Shown: positions 11,444-24,774 of the stretch, piece by piece
Position numbering within the stretch: the stretch's first letter is position 1
Layout: each line of letters begins with the position of its first letter
Assembly (NCBI GenBank): GCA_028534125.1
Contig: CM052817.1
Span: 99,946,001-100,010,000, forward strand
Direction of reading: 5' to 3'
DNA length: 64,000 bases
DNA from: Lama glama
Lineage: Eukaryota
The notes under the pieces: generated by a model
Databases searched by the model: none
The model's input: only the letters and a program-made list of their open reading frames with translations
What the model was told of the DNA's origin: nothing
Program-made: the position numbers and the translations under genes

Positions 11444-14400
11444 TTAAGGGCTTGGTGAAGGGCACTAGGCATGGAGGAGAACTCAGGTCAAGGCTGGTGG
11501 AGGTGGAGAAGGTGGGCGAAGGAAGAGATTTCGAAGAATAGACTAAATTGGACTCGACAGCGGTAAGGGTAAGTCCCTGAGTCAGGGCTCCCTTCTAGGG
11601 CCTGGGCTGAAAGCGAGCACATCAAGTGCCCAAGCAGACAGACTGTTTGGGTTCATGGTTGAACTCACCTTGTCAAGGATAATGACTTGGTTGTGGGAAC
11701 TGAGTTTTCCTTAGTCGTTGCAGCCATTGCGGTCTACCTTTAGGAAGAAGCCCCTTTCCCAGGCTTTAATATCCTTAAACGTTATTATTGTGTATTACGT
11801 GGTAGTAAGGTAGAACCTCACTTACTATTTCTACTAGAATCTCGGTGCAGATGTGTGGCTACCTGCAACTCTTTTAGAACAAGGTCTGTAAATACTGATA
11901 CTCAGCTATAAGGCAGAAGGTCTTACTTACATCAGCAGCCGATTGTCCTTCATAATTGAGCCATGAAGAGCAGGTGACTCTCCCGTGTTGCCAGTACCTG
12001 CTCTCTGGGGCGTCAGTGGAAGCCTCAGTTCTGTATTTTGCACAAGCCGCTTTCCCCTGGTGGTTCATTTCATCATTAGCTTTCATGTGATCACACTAAG
12101 GCTCTGGTCTCATCCTTGTTAAGGAGGTTGCCTATTTGGGAAATTACAGGAAGTTTCTGAAAAGTAAGATAATGGGGTGGGAGAAGATTTTCTGGGATAA
12201 AAGGCTTCTGAGGGCTCTGAGAATATGGAGGAGGGAAGAGATGGCAAGAGAAGGGAACTAGGTTCTCTTGGTCCGGGTATTAGTTTAAGGTGAGTGTGAC
12301 CTCGATTTATGAAGACTTTGCAACTTGACGCTTAATAGGAATTGGGTTTTTAATATTTATAGCACGTTATGTAAATGCTGCCCTTCCAAGTGCTTTCTTA
12401 AATCCTCTTAGCTTATAAATGACAGCTTTGATTTCTTAAAAAAAAAAAAGTCTTTTCATTTATCCAGCCTAAGAGTAGTAAACAATAGATGCTTAATGCC
12501 TTCCTTTCATGCCAGCCCCCAAAGACTGAGACTTCTATTCTAAAGAGTTTATTGCTGTGCTTTTGAGCTTATTAAGGTCACGCATAACTTAACGGGGGGG
12601 GGGCTGATGCTGCGTCATTGGTGCAGAGGCAGCTTCTGGAATTCCGCATGACGGTCAGCTCAGCATGCTCAGTAGGTAAGCTGAAAATACAGTATGGCAG
12701 AAACTACACGCGTGGCCCATTTGGAATGATTAGTGCTATTTTTTTTCTAGTGATCAAGATTATTAGGGAATTCGATTTTTGCCTAAATGGTTTGGGGCTA
12801 AGTTTCTGCTTGCTATAGGACCCTGACGTTGCAGTTGTGCAATGGGCATGAGCTGATGGAACTACACGTTTGGTGGTGTGTGAGTCCTTTCCCCCTTAGC
12901 CATACTGGGTGACATCAATTATTTTATACGTTTTATTAAAAAAAAAAAAAGAAGTTCCCACTCTCTGGGGCCTTCAGAGCACATGGAAAGAAGAGAAAGG
13001 AATTAAAAACTTAAGCTCAGCCCTGGCCAGTGTGGATTGCTAGGTCCTTGGGGGCTGTCATTTACTCAGGAAATGTTTATTAAGTGCCTTCTGTGTGCCA
13101 GGCTGTGAACTTTGCCCTGGATGATACAGAAAGAGACATAGCTTGTGTCCTAGGACACCCTGGGACCAGCGAACACGGGAAAACACAGGGAGAGAAGGGG
13201 TTTGTTTCCGAGGCAGGGCAGCCCAGGAGATGCGCTCTTCTCAGGGTGATTAATCTGCCAGAAGGATGATGCTTACCTGTTTCCCTCGCTGTTTTTGGGC
13301 CACAGAGAACCCTTTAAGTTGGTCAGATGATACAGGGGTGTGTTGAGAGTTTGAGGGTTCATGAGATTGGCGCTGAGCTGGCAAGGGAAGGGCAGCGCTC
13401 AGGCCGCTCAGGGTACTGCTGGTGACCTGTCAGTAATTCTGAGTGGTTTCAGATGTGCTGTAGAGACCTTGCTTAGAATAAAGAAAACAGACAGAACTGA
13501 TTTGGTGGTATCTTATCTATGTGGAATCATCTATCTAGAACATCCCAAAGAACCAAGAAATTTATAAAACTAAGCCTTTTTTTTGCACAGATACATCCAC
13601 ACAAGGCCTATGTATGCTTGTGTAGCAGGTTTGGAGATCTGGTTTCTAAACTGATTTGTGGATTTTGAAAGCAGAAGAGAAGAAGAGGAATGTAATTTAA
13701 AAGGAACATCCCAGGAACAGTATGATAAAGGGACAGTTAACACTTTTAAAGGGAGGAAGAAAGAAGATGGAAAACTGGAAAAGAAAAGATGAAGATGTAA
13801 TCACTCAAAAATGATCACCATCTGTTTCGTGTAGCATCAAGTGTATGAGACTCATGGCAGGGGAAATTTTTAGAAATTCTAAGATTTCTCGTACAGGGTT
13901 GGAATCTGAAATGTTGAACTGTTTCCGTGTGATCTTCATGCAGTCCTGTTTGAGTCTTTCTGTATTAGACAGTCAGGCAATTGATGTCAGTAAGGCAGTT
14001 GACGACCTGTATTCTGCTCTTAGGAAGACAAAGAAACATATATAAGCTCTTACACTGTTCCTAATAAAACGTTTAAAAATTAAAATTTTGATGCTTTTAG
14101 CATGAAATCCTCAGCTCTTTGAAAAACTTGACTTTTTCAAGAGTTCTGTTTCCTGAAAGATTGATGTTTTACTGCACGGAAAAATCACACCACATAGAAA
14201 ATGGTCATTTGTATTATTAAAAAAGTCAGTTATTTCATAAGCAGTAAACACTTTATAAATAATACTTTACATATATTACTCAGTTATAAAAATTTGACTT
14301 GACACTTTCCAGAAACATATCTGAATATCTGCAACTTTGTGTCTGTATCTCTCATTTGCTATTTCTTATTTTATTATTTTGTTTGCTAGATCATATGTGT

Positions 14401-14880
14401 AACCCGTCTTCCTGGACAGAAAATATGTTCTAGTGTTTCTAGCTCCTTGTACGTAGCAGGTCCCCATAAAGGTTTATTGAATGACTAATAATGAAACAAG
14501 TCATACTGAGTTTTCTAATTAATCCTTTACTGACCATGGAAATACTTTCTATTATCTTTTCTTTCCCCTTTGTGATCACGCACTAAAATCTTTATGGTAT
14601 TCGAACTGCATCTGCTGATTGGAGTTGTTGGAGCACTTGAATTGCCTCTTTATGCCGTTGCGTTTCCCCTTATGACTTAAAGGGCGGAAACAGCACGAGG
14701 TATTGTGGAATGTGACTAGGTTATGGGCTTCAGATGAAGCTCTGAAGTGTGTGCTCGGGACAGGCATGTTCTTACCTTGATGAAGTCACTGCAGTGAGGC
14801 CGGGGGCTGTAGGGGAGAGGGGAGGCGTGTATCACAGCATCGGGAGGCTGCTTACCTGTGCACACTGTCATTGGTCCCAG

Positions 14881-15048
14881 GTGACTGTGGAGGAGGTCAT
14901 GACCACAACTGCATATCTGGACCTTTTCCTGCGGAGCATCTCCGAGCCAGCTCTACTTGAGATCTTCCTCCGTTTTATCCTGTTGCACCAGCACGAGAAC
15001 GTCCACATCCTAGATACTCTCACGAGCAGAATCAACACCCCATTTCGG
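14881..15048 (+). CDS. FHIP1A: FHIP1A (FAM160A1) internal coding exon, first one in the window (VTVEEVMTTTAYLDLFLRSISEPALLEIFLRFILLHQHENVHILDTLTSRINTPFR)
   Basis: Acceptor ttggtcccag| ends at 14880 and donor CGG|gtaagg starts at 15049; 168 nt, phase 0/0. The peptide matches the conserved FHIP (RAI16-like) region of FHIP1A as I recall it. Upstream exons lie outside the window. Confidence 0.95.
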
Positions 15049-15580
15049 GTAAGGAGTGCCCCATAGGAAGGGGATTTATAACTCAGAACAGGTTTCAGGA
15101 GAGTTTGTTTTGGGGAATAAAAATGAATATTCTCTTTCTCTCCTCCTCCTGTCCCCCTCTTTATTTCTTTCAGCTGTTACTTTTTCTATTTTGGAAGAGA
15201 GGAACTAGATAATTTGTTTCGCTCTCAGTAGCTCTTCTATCAGGGAGGTGGCACTTACTGCCTTTCTCAGGATATTTTTCTCAATTTGTCTGGATTGACA
15301 CATTCTTCTGTAGAACCAGCAGAATGTGCTTCTGAGGAGTCAAGGTGGCTGGGCTTAAGTGCAGGTAAAGCCAAGGAACTGAAGTGTATCAAGTCTGGGT
15401 ATTAGAGATTTTATTTCTGTCCACAAATGTTTTGAAATGCATGTCTGGGCAGTTGTGAATTTAGATAATCATTCTTTAGCTTGAAGCTCTGATTAACTTT
15501 TATACCATTAGTGTAATCCTTTGCAATCCCCTCCTCAAAGGCTGTCTCAACTTAATTGCAATTATTGTTTTAAAAGCAAA

Positions 15581-15724
15581 GGTATATCTAAAGAAAATGA
15601 AAATACTAATTTGAAAAGATACATACGCTGCAATGTTCATAGCAGAACTATTTACAATAGCCAGGATATGGATGCAACCTAAGTGTCCATTAACAGATGA
15701 ATGGATAAAGAAGTGTGTTTGCCT

Positions 15725-15772
<48 letters not shown>

Positions 15773-16212
15773 AATGGAATATTAGCCATTTGCAGCAACA
15801 TGGATGAAACTAGAAGGTATTATGCTTAGTGAAGTAAGTTAGAGAAAGTAAGAAGGACAAATACTGTACGTTACCACTTATATCTGGAATCTATCACTTA
15901 TATCTGGAATCTAAAAAATAAAATGAATGAATATGACAAAAGAAATAGACTCACAGATATAGAGAACAAACTGGTAGTTAACCAGTGGGGACAGGGAAGA
16001 GAGGAGGCAAGCTGGGGGTAGGAGAGTCAGAGGTACAAACCACTATGTATAAAATAAGTAAGCTACAAGGAAATATTGTACAGCACAGGGAACATAGCCA
16101 ATATTTTATAATAACTTTAAATGGAGTATATAATCTATGAAAATATTTAAATGCTATATTGTACACCTGAAACTAATATAATATTATAAAGCAACTATAC
16201 TGGGGAAAAAAA
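15581..16212 (+). mobile_element. L1 3'-end fragment (L1MA-like) containing a (CA)n tract and a 20-bp tandem duplication
   Basis: ORF2 C-terminal remnant (atgttcatagcagaactatttacaatagccagga...), then 3' UTR and an A tail. CA run at about 15727-15771; duplication at 15873-15912. Confidence 0.85.
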
Positions 16213-17504
16213 GCTCCATTAAAATGCAAAACAAAGAGAACAAAGGGATAATTAACAGTGTTATTGAGTTTGTAACATATCTAGATGTAATGTGTATAAC
16301 AGTAATAGCACAAAGGGGGTGGTAAGAAGGAAAAGAGCTCTGTTAGGAGTAGTATTTCTGTTTTTCACTGCAGTTAATTTAGTATAAATCTGAAGTTGAA
16401 TCTGATAAGATGTATCTGGTAAGGCCTAGAGCAACCACTAATAACTCAAAATTAATATAGTGAAAAAAATCATTAAAGGAATTTAAACATTACAGTGGGG
16501 GAAATATTCATTTAATGTAAAAGAAGACAGTAAAATAGGAACAGAGGAACAAAAGAGACATCAGACATCTAGAAAACAAAAAGTAAAATGACAGACATAA
16601 ATCCAATTATAATGATAATATTAAATGTAAATAGATTAAAAATTCAATCAAAAGGCTGAGACTGACAAGACTAGATAAAAATACAGGGTCCAACTATATG
16701 CTGCCACCTGGAGATAAACTTTAGATTCAGTGATAACAGTAGATGGAATGTTAAGATATTAAAAGATAGGTTATGCAAACAGCAACCAAAACAAAGCTGG
16801 AGTGGCTATACCAATAAGCCACAAAATAGGCTTTAAAACAAGACCTGTTACTAGAGGGAAAGAGGGACATTTTATAATGATAAAGGTTAACTCATCAGGA
16901 AGATACAGCAATTATGAATATATATGCATCTAAAAACAGAGCCCCCAAATTTATAAAGCAAAAAACTGATGGAATTTAAGGAAGAAATAGAAGATACAGC
17001 AATAGTTATTGGCTATTTCAACACTTTATTTTCCATAACAGATAGAACAACTAGGCAGAAGATGAACAAAGAAATAGGAGACTTGAACAACACTATAAAC
17101 AAACTAGATTTAACAGAGGTCTATAAAACACCCACCCAACAGCAGCAGAATACACATTCTCCTTGAGTGCACATGGAGCAAACACTCTCCAAGGCAGACT
17201 GTATGATAAGCCATAAAACAAACCTCAATAATTTAAAGGGATTGAAATCATTCAAAGTGTGTTTATTGACCACAGTAGATTGAAATGAATGCTTATTAAT
17301 AGAAAGAAAATTCACAGATACATAGAAATTAAGCAATACTTCTAAATAACCAATGGATCAAAGAAGAAGTCTCAAGGGAAATGAGAATATACTTTGAGAT
17401 AAATGAGAATGAAGACAAAACATGTCAAAACTTATTGGATGCAGTATAGCACTGCTTAGAGGAAAATATACAGCTGTAAACACCTACATGAAAAAAGAAG
17501 AAAG

Positions 17505-18270
17505 GGCCATCATTAAAAAGTTCACAAATGATAAATGCTGGAGAGGGTGTGGAGAGGAGGGAACCCTCCTACACTGTTGGTGGGAATGTAGTTTGGTGCA
17601 GCCATTATGGAAAACAGTATAGAGATTCCTTAAAAAACTAAAAATAGACTTACCATATGATCCAGCAATCCCAGTCCTGGGTATATATCCAGGGGAACTC
17701 TAATTCAAAAAGATACATACACCCCAATATTCCAGCATCACTATTTACAATAGCCAAGACATGGAAGCAACCCAAATGTCCATCAACAGATGACTGGATA
17801 AAGAAGATATGGTATATTTATCCAATGGAATACTACTCAGCCATAAAAAGAATGAAATAATGCCATTTGCAGCAGCATGGATGGACCTGGACATTGTCAT
17901 CCTAAGTGAAGTAAGCCAGAAAAAGAAAGAAAAATACCATATGAAATCACTCATATGTGGATTCAAAAAAAAAAAGACAAAAATGAACTTATTTACAAAA
18001 CAAATAGACTCACAGACATAGAAAATAAACTTATGATTACCAGGAGGGAAAGGGAGTGGAAAGGATAAATTGGGAGTTTGAGATTTGCAGATACTAACTA
18101 CTATATATAAAATAGATAAACAACAAGTTTCTACTGTATAGTACAGATATTCAATATCTTATAGTAACCTATAATGGAAAAGAATATATGTATGTATATG
18201 TATGACTGAGATATTATGCTGTACACCAGAAACTGACACAACATTGTAAACTGACTACTTCAATTAAAGA
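17505..18270 (+). mobile_element. Younger L1 3' end inserted in the old L1
   Basis: ORF2 C-terminal remnants ([67 protein letters not shown]). Target-site duplication aaaaaagaagaaag (17491-17504) / aaaaaagaagcaag (18271-18284). Confidence 0.88.
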
Positions 18271-18466
18271 AAAAAAGAAGCAAGATCTCAGGGCAGTAAC
18301 CTAACCTTGCACTGTAAAACACTTGAAAAGGAAGAGCAAACTCAAACCAAGCAGGAAGAAGGGATTAATAAGGATTAGAGCAGATATTAATGAAATGGAG
18401 ACTAGAAAAACAACAGAACTGACAAAACTGAGAGAAGAACAACAAAACTGAAAGTTGGTTTTTTGA

Positions 18467-19134
18467 CCCTCCTAGGCTGCTGGTGAGAATGTAAACTGGT
18501 GCAGCCACTGTGGAAAACGGTGTGGCGGTTTCTGAAAAAACTGGAAATAGAACTGTCGTACAACCCTGCAGTTCCACTCTGGGGTATATATCTGAAACAA
18601 AACAAAAATAAAAAACATTAATTCAAAAAGGTGAATGCATCCCAGTGTTTATAGCAGCACTATTTACAGTTGTCAGATATAGAAGGAACCTAAGTGTCCA
18701 TCAACAGGAGACTGGATAAAGAAGATGTGGTATATATACAATGGAATACTACTCAACCATAAAAAGAATGAAATTTTGCAATTTGTAGCAACATGGATGG
18801 ACTTGGAGGATGTTACGCTAAATGAAGTAAATCAGACAGAGAAAGACAAATACTGTATGATATTACTTATATGTGGAATCTAGAAAATACAACAAACTGG
18901 TTAATAGAACAGAAAAGAAACAGACTCACAGATGGAGAGAAGGAACTAGTGGTTACCAGTAGGGGGCAGGAAGTAGAGGGGGCAAATTAAGAGTAAGGGG
19001 AAAAAAAAGAATATTATGGGATTATTTGAAATCATGTGTGTGAAACTTGTGAAAATTGTAAAGCACTATAGAATTTAAAGAAAACTTTCATTCAGTAAAA
19101 ATAAATAAACAAACAAAAAAACCCTAAGAAGTAA
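18467..19134 (+). mobile_element. Second L1 3' end, with a different 3' UTR, inserted in the old L1
   Basis: Target-site duplication aaagttggttttttga (18451-18466) / aaagttggttcttgga (19135-19150). A-rich tail at about 19097-19134. Confidence 0.85.
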
Positions 19135-20650
19135 AAAGTTGGTTCTTGGAAAAGATTGACAACATTGACAAACTTTTAGCTAAGACTACCAAGAAAAAAA
19201 TTGAGAAGACTCAAATTACTAAAATTCAGAATGAAAGAGAAAATATTACTATGACTTTACAGAACTAAAAAGGATTACAAAGGAATACTATGAACAACTG
19301 TATGCCAAAATATTGGATAACTTAGATAAAACAGGCAAATTTTAGAAAGGCACAAACTTCTGAAACTGATTCGAGAAGAAATCAAAAATCTATGAACAAG
19401 TAAAAACTTCTGTATTTCAAAGGACACCATTAAGAAATTGAAAAGACAATGCACAAAATGGGAGGAAATCTTTGCAAGTCATGTTTCTGATAAGATGCTT
19501 GCATGCAGAATAATGAACTCCTACGACTCACTAATAAGAAGACAGATATAGTGATTTGCTGGGGTTACTATGGCAACATATAGAAAGGACTCAGACTGGG
19601 GAAGGGAGGTGTTGAGTGGTAATTCTGGGAGACAGAGAAGAAAGATTTCCTAGGGGAAGTGATACCTAGGGTCAGCCTTTGAGAATAAGTTGGGGTTATC
19701 CTGTGGAGGAGACAGTGAAACACATACCAGGCAAAGGAACAGCATGTGCAAAGGCGTGGAGTGAATGGGTTGAAGGATGTTGCTTCTGCCTCACTACAAG
19801 GCGTGACCCGTCCTGTGCACAAGAGATGTTTTGGGGCACGCCAAGTGCAGCTCTTCTCTCCAACACCATTATGGATTTCTCTGACGAGGCTGTAAACCCT
19901 GCCTAGAAGACAGACTAGCACTTACTCTCCTGTACAAAAGATGAGAGCCTAAATTACTTGAGTGGCTTGTTAGAAGGATAAAAGCTTACTCCCAAAAGGG
20001 CATGGTGATTTTATAATGCCCTTTTGGGAACCTTCTCTGTTGGGCTGTTTCTCTCTCCTTTTTGGAAATCCGAGATTGCAAGAATTCTTGCAATTTTTAA
20101 TGACCTTCTTAGACAAGTACATCGTCACACCCTCAGCACTACAGGAAATGGAACCAAGGAGAATGTTTGCCTCAAAGCCAAAGAGACAAGCCAAGGGGAG
20201 CTGGGGCTTGGGGCTGAGGACTCTGGAGAGAGCTGGCCAGGGTGTATGCAGTTTTCTGTTAGCTCTGTCTGCAAATAATCAATTTCACATTGAAGACAAC
20301 TTAGGAAAACAAATGACATAGGGGATTGTGTGTGTGTGTTGGGGAGTGGTAGGTGGCATATTTATTTGGATCTTTGAAAGTTGGAAGTATGAACGTAGGC
20401 GTCTTGTAGGAGGGTAATTCTGTGTAATGGCATAATTCCAGGCGTATGCTGTCGAATCAAATCCTGTAGAATTGATGGCCTGAATATATACATTCTCTCT
20501 GGCAGCGGTGTGGGTTTTTTTTTTTTAATCAAAATTGCTTTTTTAAAAAGGCCATTTTATTTGTAATTCTGATTTATTTGCCTTCTGTGGGAAGGAGAGC
20601 TATCCTTCTAATATCTGAAATATCGTATGTGTTTGTTTATTGCTTCCCAG

Positions 20651-20730
20651 CTTTGTGTGGTGTCCCTGGCATTATTTAGAACTCTCATTGGTTTACATTG
20701 TGAAGATGTGATGTTACAGCTAGTTCTAAG
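20651..20730 (+). CDS. FHIP1A: FHIP1A coding exon (LCVVSLALFRTLIGLHCEDVMLQLVLR)
   Basis: Acceptor tgcttcccag| and donor AAG|gtgagt; 80 nt, phase 0/2. It continues the frame of the previous exon and is too short to appear in the ORF track. Confidence 0.93.
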
Positions 20731-21859
20731 GTGAGTTACCATCTTTTATTCCTTTTAAAGAAAAACTCTATATTAATATTGTTGTTATATTTTTCTTTGG
20801 TAACATAAGCTAAGTAAGGCAGTGCTTCTAAGAAAGAAAATCATCAAGAAGTCAGTTTCACTTCTGTATTATTTCTCAAGGTTAATTTTAGTTTTACTTT
20901 AAAAGTTTTTTTGGGGGCCAAATGCATGATATTAAAAATATGCTCCTGGAAGGATTAAATAGAATGTTTGGAAACTTTCAGAAGTATTGTGAAAGCTCTT
21001 GTGATCTGTAGCTGAGTGTCTTTCTCCAGAAGCTCATTTTTGGGCAACTCGTTATTGAAAACAACTTTCCTAAGTGTGAAATGTCGTGGATGTGTAATTT
21101 CTGTGCCTCTTGCGTGCGTGATGGTGCACCTACAGTATGCACTGTCTGACCTGTGAATGTTTCAATTGAACTCAGTAAACATTTAATGAGTACTTTCCGT
21201 ATACAATTCAGAAGAGAAGAAGGCACAGAGTGGATGGATTGAAAAGGGCTTGTATGTATACCAGGTGGAAAAGGTACACTCTTCCCAAGTATGGGTGGGC
21301 AAGGTGTCACGGAGTGGCTGGTGGCTGAAGACGGGTATCCGGAGTAAGGATGGACTGCTATCAAGACGTTGTTAGTTTGGTCGTTTGGCAGGAGACTCAG
21401 GGACATCAAATCCTGCCTTGGCCCAGCAGTGCCTCTCTTCTCAGGGTCCCCTAGGGAAGCATCTACTTTTGTGAAGGGAGAGAGAGCTGATAAGGGTTTG
21501 TCTGCCCACACTCCCCTCTGGTGATGTGGAAGCAGAAAGGAAAAAGCCAGCCAGGTCCTTGGCACGCGAGTCTCCACCCCCTCTTTCCTTGTTGGGCTTT
21601 GCGATCCTGCCTCTGACCCCTTCTTGGGCGGAAGGGCAGGAGGAGCTGAGGGCAGGGCAAGAGGAGGAGACTTGGGCTGTCCCTGGTCTCCACTGGGGTC
21701 TAGACCTGATGTGAGGAGAATCATTGTGGAGACGGCATTCCCACGGAGTAGCTGTGGAAAAGTTGGAGGGCGGCCAAGTGAGATCCTGGGAACAGCAGCG
21801 GAGGCGTCACCCAGGAGCATGTTAGGGATGCACCTGCTGGCCTTCTCCCCTGTGTGCTG

Positions 21860-21955
21860 ATCAGAAACCCTGGGGGTGGGTGGGGTCCAGCAAGTCGTGT
21901 TTTAACAGACTCTCTGGGGGATTCTGATGGTGGCTAAGTCTGAGAACCTCTGTTT
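21860..21955. mobile_element. MER5A-like DNA transposon relic
   Basis: tcagaaaccctgggggtggg...ccagcaa.tcgtgttttaaca...ggggattctgatg...aagtctgagaacctctg. Confidence 0.55.
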
Positions 21956-23054
21956 TGAGGAAGGGTGCAGTGCATGGTGCCCTGCAGAAGGGGGCAATAA
22001 CAGTGCTGGGGTTGGGGTGAGGTGGTGGTGGCACGAGGGCGGGGGCCTCACGGAGTTATCGTTTCAGGGGAGAGTATCGCCCATTAATTTTTTTAGTGTA
22101 AAGAGAGGTTTGGGACATTTTAGGGATTTAGATCAGGTCATCAGTAGCTAATCTTAGGGCATTAGCAAAGAACAAATCCGATCATAAAGAAACACCCTGG
22201 GTAGTAGGGGGAGAGCGTTATTTATCTGTCCTAAAAGGATTACGTTAGCTTCCCCTCAAGTCTCTACTGATATGACAGAATGCGTTAGCAGGGCCTGGAG
22301 GAAATGCATCTGAGCAACTTGTTAAAGCCTTTTTGACTGCCAAAAACCAGACTTTGCCTCCAACAAGGGTAAATCCTGATTATATCTCAATGTGAAATTC
22401 TTAAATGCCGCTTCTTTGATGGCCTAGAGAACAGCTGTCTTTTCGGTGTCCCTGGAGCCCGGCCCTGCTTGGGGACGCAGAGCATCCCGGCTCTGGGTCA
22501 CTGGGTGAGACTGAGCCCAGGTGGTGGAAGCTTCTGTTCAGTGACCTGTATGACATGAACTCTGATCACCCTCATCCACTCCTAAAGCTGTGCTTGTGTA
22601 CAAACTGTCTTTGGAGGTTGTATTAAAGCTTCTTTTGAGAACTGTACCTTACAAAGGTGAAGAAATCAGCTTGTGGTTGAAATATTCACATGTCCATGTC
22701 AAGGCTTGTCGTTCCCAGGGCGAGTGAGGACGAGTCATTTCCCGGAAAGTGCCCAGAGGGCGCGTTGTCACAGGTTCTGAGTGGAGTTGTGGAAAGGGTG
22801 CCGGGCATAGCCACCTGGTCCTGAATTTCTTCTCTGTTTCCTTAATGAGAATGCTGATGATACTGTGATAATAGGAGCTACCCTTTATTTAATACTTTCT
22901 GTATTTCTAATCCTACTGCACATCCCTGAGGGATCTGTGAAAAGCAAGTGCGAGGACAGACGCAAAAGTCGGCACATGGGAGACACAGAGGAAACCTCTG
23001 TTCCTGGTCTGTGTCCTCTGAACTGCTGATCTCCCCCGGCCCCACATTTAACAA

Positions 23055-23730
23055 TTATTTTTAATTGTAGTAAAATACACAAAACCTAAAATCTGCCATC
23101 TTAACCATATGGTTCAGTGGCATTAAATGCATTCACATTGTTGTACAGCCACAACCACCATCGGTCTCCAGAGCTGTTTTCTCTTTTTAGAAGAAACACT
23201 CTGTCCCCGTTAAACAGCAGGTCCCCATTTCTCCCACCCTCAGCTCCTGGCAGCCACAATTCTTTCTGTCTTTCTGGCTTTGACTGGGCTAGGTCCCTCA
23301 TGTAAGCAGACTCATACAGTATTTGTCTTTTTGTGCCAGACTTATTTCACTTGGCACATTGTCTTCCAGGTTCATCCATGTTGTGTCATGTGTCAGAATT
23401 TCCTTCCTTTTTAAGGCTGTATAATTTTACAGTGTTTATTCCACATTTTGTTTATCCATTTATCTACTGATGGACATTTTGCGTTGCTTTCCTTTTCGGC
23501 TGTCGTGAATATCGCTGCTGTGAACAGGGGTGTACAGATATCTTTCCTCAAGACCCTGCTCTCAATTCTTTTATGTATGTACCCAGAAGTGGAATTGCTG
23601 GATCATATGGTAATTCTATCTAATTTTTTTTTTGTTTTCCATAACAGCCTGCACATTTTGCATGCCCACCAATAGTGCACGGGATTCCAGTTTCTCCATA
23701 GCCCCTCCAAATAGTTGTTATTTTCTGTTA
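23055..23730 (-). mobile_element. L1MB-like 3' fragment
   Basis: ttttaattgtagtaaaatacaca...accatcttaaccat...cagtggcattaaatgcattcacattgttgtacagccac...agaagtggaattgctggatcatatggtaattct. Confidence 0.8.
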
Positions 23731-24160
23731 AAACAAAAATGGCATTTTGATAATCAAGCAAAAATGACAGGCAGATTTGAAGAACCAGCTGGGGGTTTTA
23801 GAAGTAAGAACTTTAATTATTAAAATGAAAAATGAGTAGGGTAAATAACATTTAAGCTATAGATTAAGAGAGAATGAATGAACTAGAAGACAGATTTGAA
23901 AGTTACTACTAAGTTTGCGGCAGTAAGTAATAAGGAGATTTAAAAATATGAGGACGAAGCTGTGAACAATGGTGACTGGAATGATAAGATGTAACGTATG
24001 CAGTTAGAGCCTCTTGACCTGTTCTGGTTTTGGAATTTGTATCTCACAAGGGTTTTTGGAGGATCAACTGTGGTAATATCTGTGAAAATGTCTTGAGACA
24101 CTGTAATATACCATACAAATTTAAAGGAGGGGAATTTTCTAGAAAATGCATTTTAAACTG

Positions 24161-24774
24161 TAGTAGTCCCCTGTATCCACAGTTTTGCTTTCCAATGTTT
24201 CCCATGGTCAACTGTGGTCTAAAAATATTAAATGGAAAATTCCAGTAATAAACAATTCATAAGTTTTAAATTGCGCACTGTTCTGAGTAGGGTGGTAGAA
24301 TCTCACACCATCCCCCAAACAGTGACATCGTCATGGCTCAGTGGTCCAGGCTCACCTTCAGCAGGTGGCCCTCCTTCTGACAGTATGTTGGAAGATCAGA
24401 ATAGCCTAACCCTGCATTACCACACCTACATCACTCACCTCACTTCAGCTCATCAGGTAGGCATTTTATCATCTCCCATCATCACAAGAAGGAGGATGAG
24501 GACACTACAATAAGATATTTTGAGAGAGAGAGAGAAACTACATTCACAGAACTTTTTTTTTTTACAGTTTATTATTAGAATTGTTCTGTCTTATTACCAG
24601 CTATTGTTCATCTCTTACTGAGCCTAATGTATAAGTTAAGCTTTATCATAGGTTTGTATGTATAAGAAAAATGCAACATATATAGGGTTCGGTACTGTCC
24701 ACGGTTTCAGGTATCACTGGGGGGTCTTGGAATGTATCCCCCACAGATAAGAAGGGATAAGAAGGGAGTTACTG
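24161..24774. mobile_element. MER44-like (Tigger/TcMar) non-autonomous DNA transposon
   Basis: Left end tagtagtcccctgtatccac and right end ...cacagataagaagggataagaagggagttactg|ta form degenerate TIRs, with a 10-bp duplication in the right TIR. The internal text aaatattaaatggaaaattccag.aataaacaattcataagttttaaattgcgc matches MER44. Confidence 0.8.

Larger units (their letters stand above)
16213..19550 (+). mobile_element. Old L1 ORF2 remnant (endonuclease region onward), interrupted by two younger L1 insertions
   Basis: Degenerate ORF2 endonuclease peptides appear in the ORF track (16969..17166: IVIGYFNTLFSITDRTTRQKMNKEIGDLNNTINKLDLTEVY). The host element resumes in register at 18271 and 19135. 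Confidence 0.85.

Noticed and set aside
1..14880. Additional upstream FHIP1A exon(s)
   Set aside because: I found no segment with splice sites encoding the expected preceding peptide (roughly VAHPLIR...GFLVPV...ALHK). This appears to be one long intron, and 'ggattttggtact' near 94 is a chance resemblance.
16969..18021. ORFs resembling L1 ORF2 (endonuclease and C-terminal peptides)
   Set aside because: They are fragmented, frameshifted L1 remnants from different insertions, not an intact retrotransposon or a domesticated gene.
20978..21820. 280-aa antisense ORF
   Set aside because: It is intronic, low-complexity (P/S/L-rich), has no recognisable domain or exon structure, and is probably a chance ORF.
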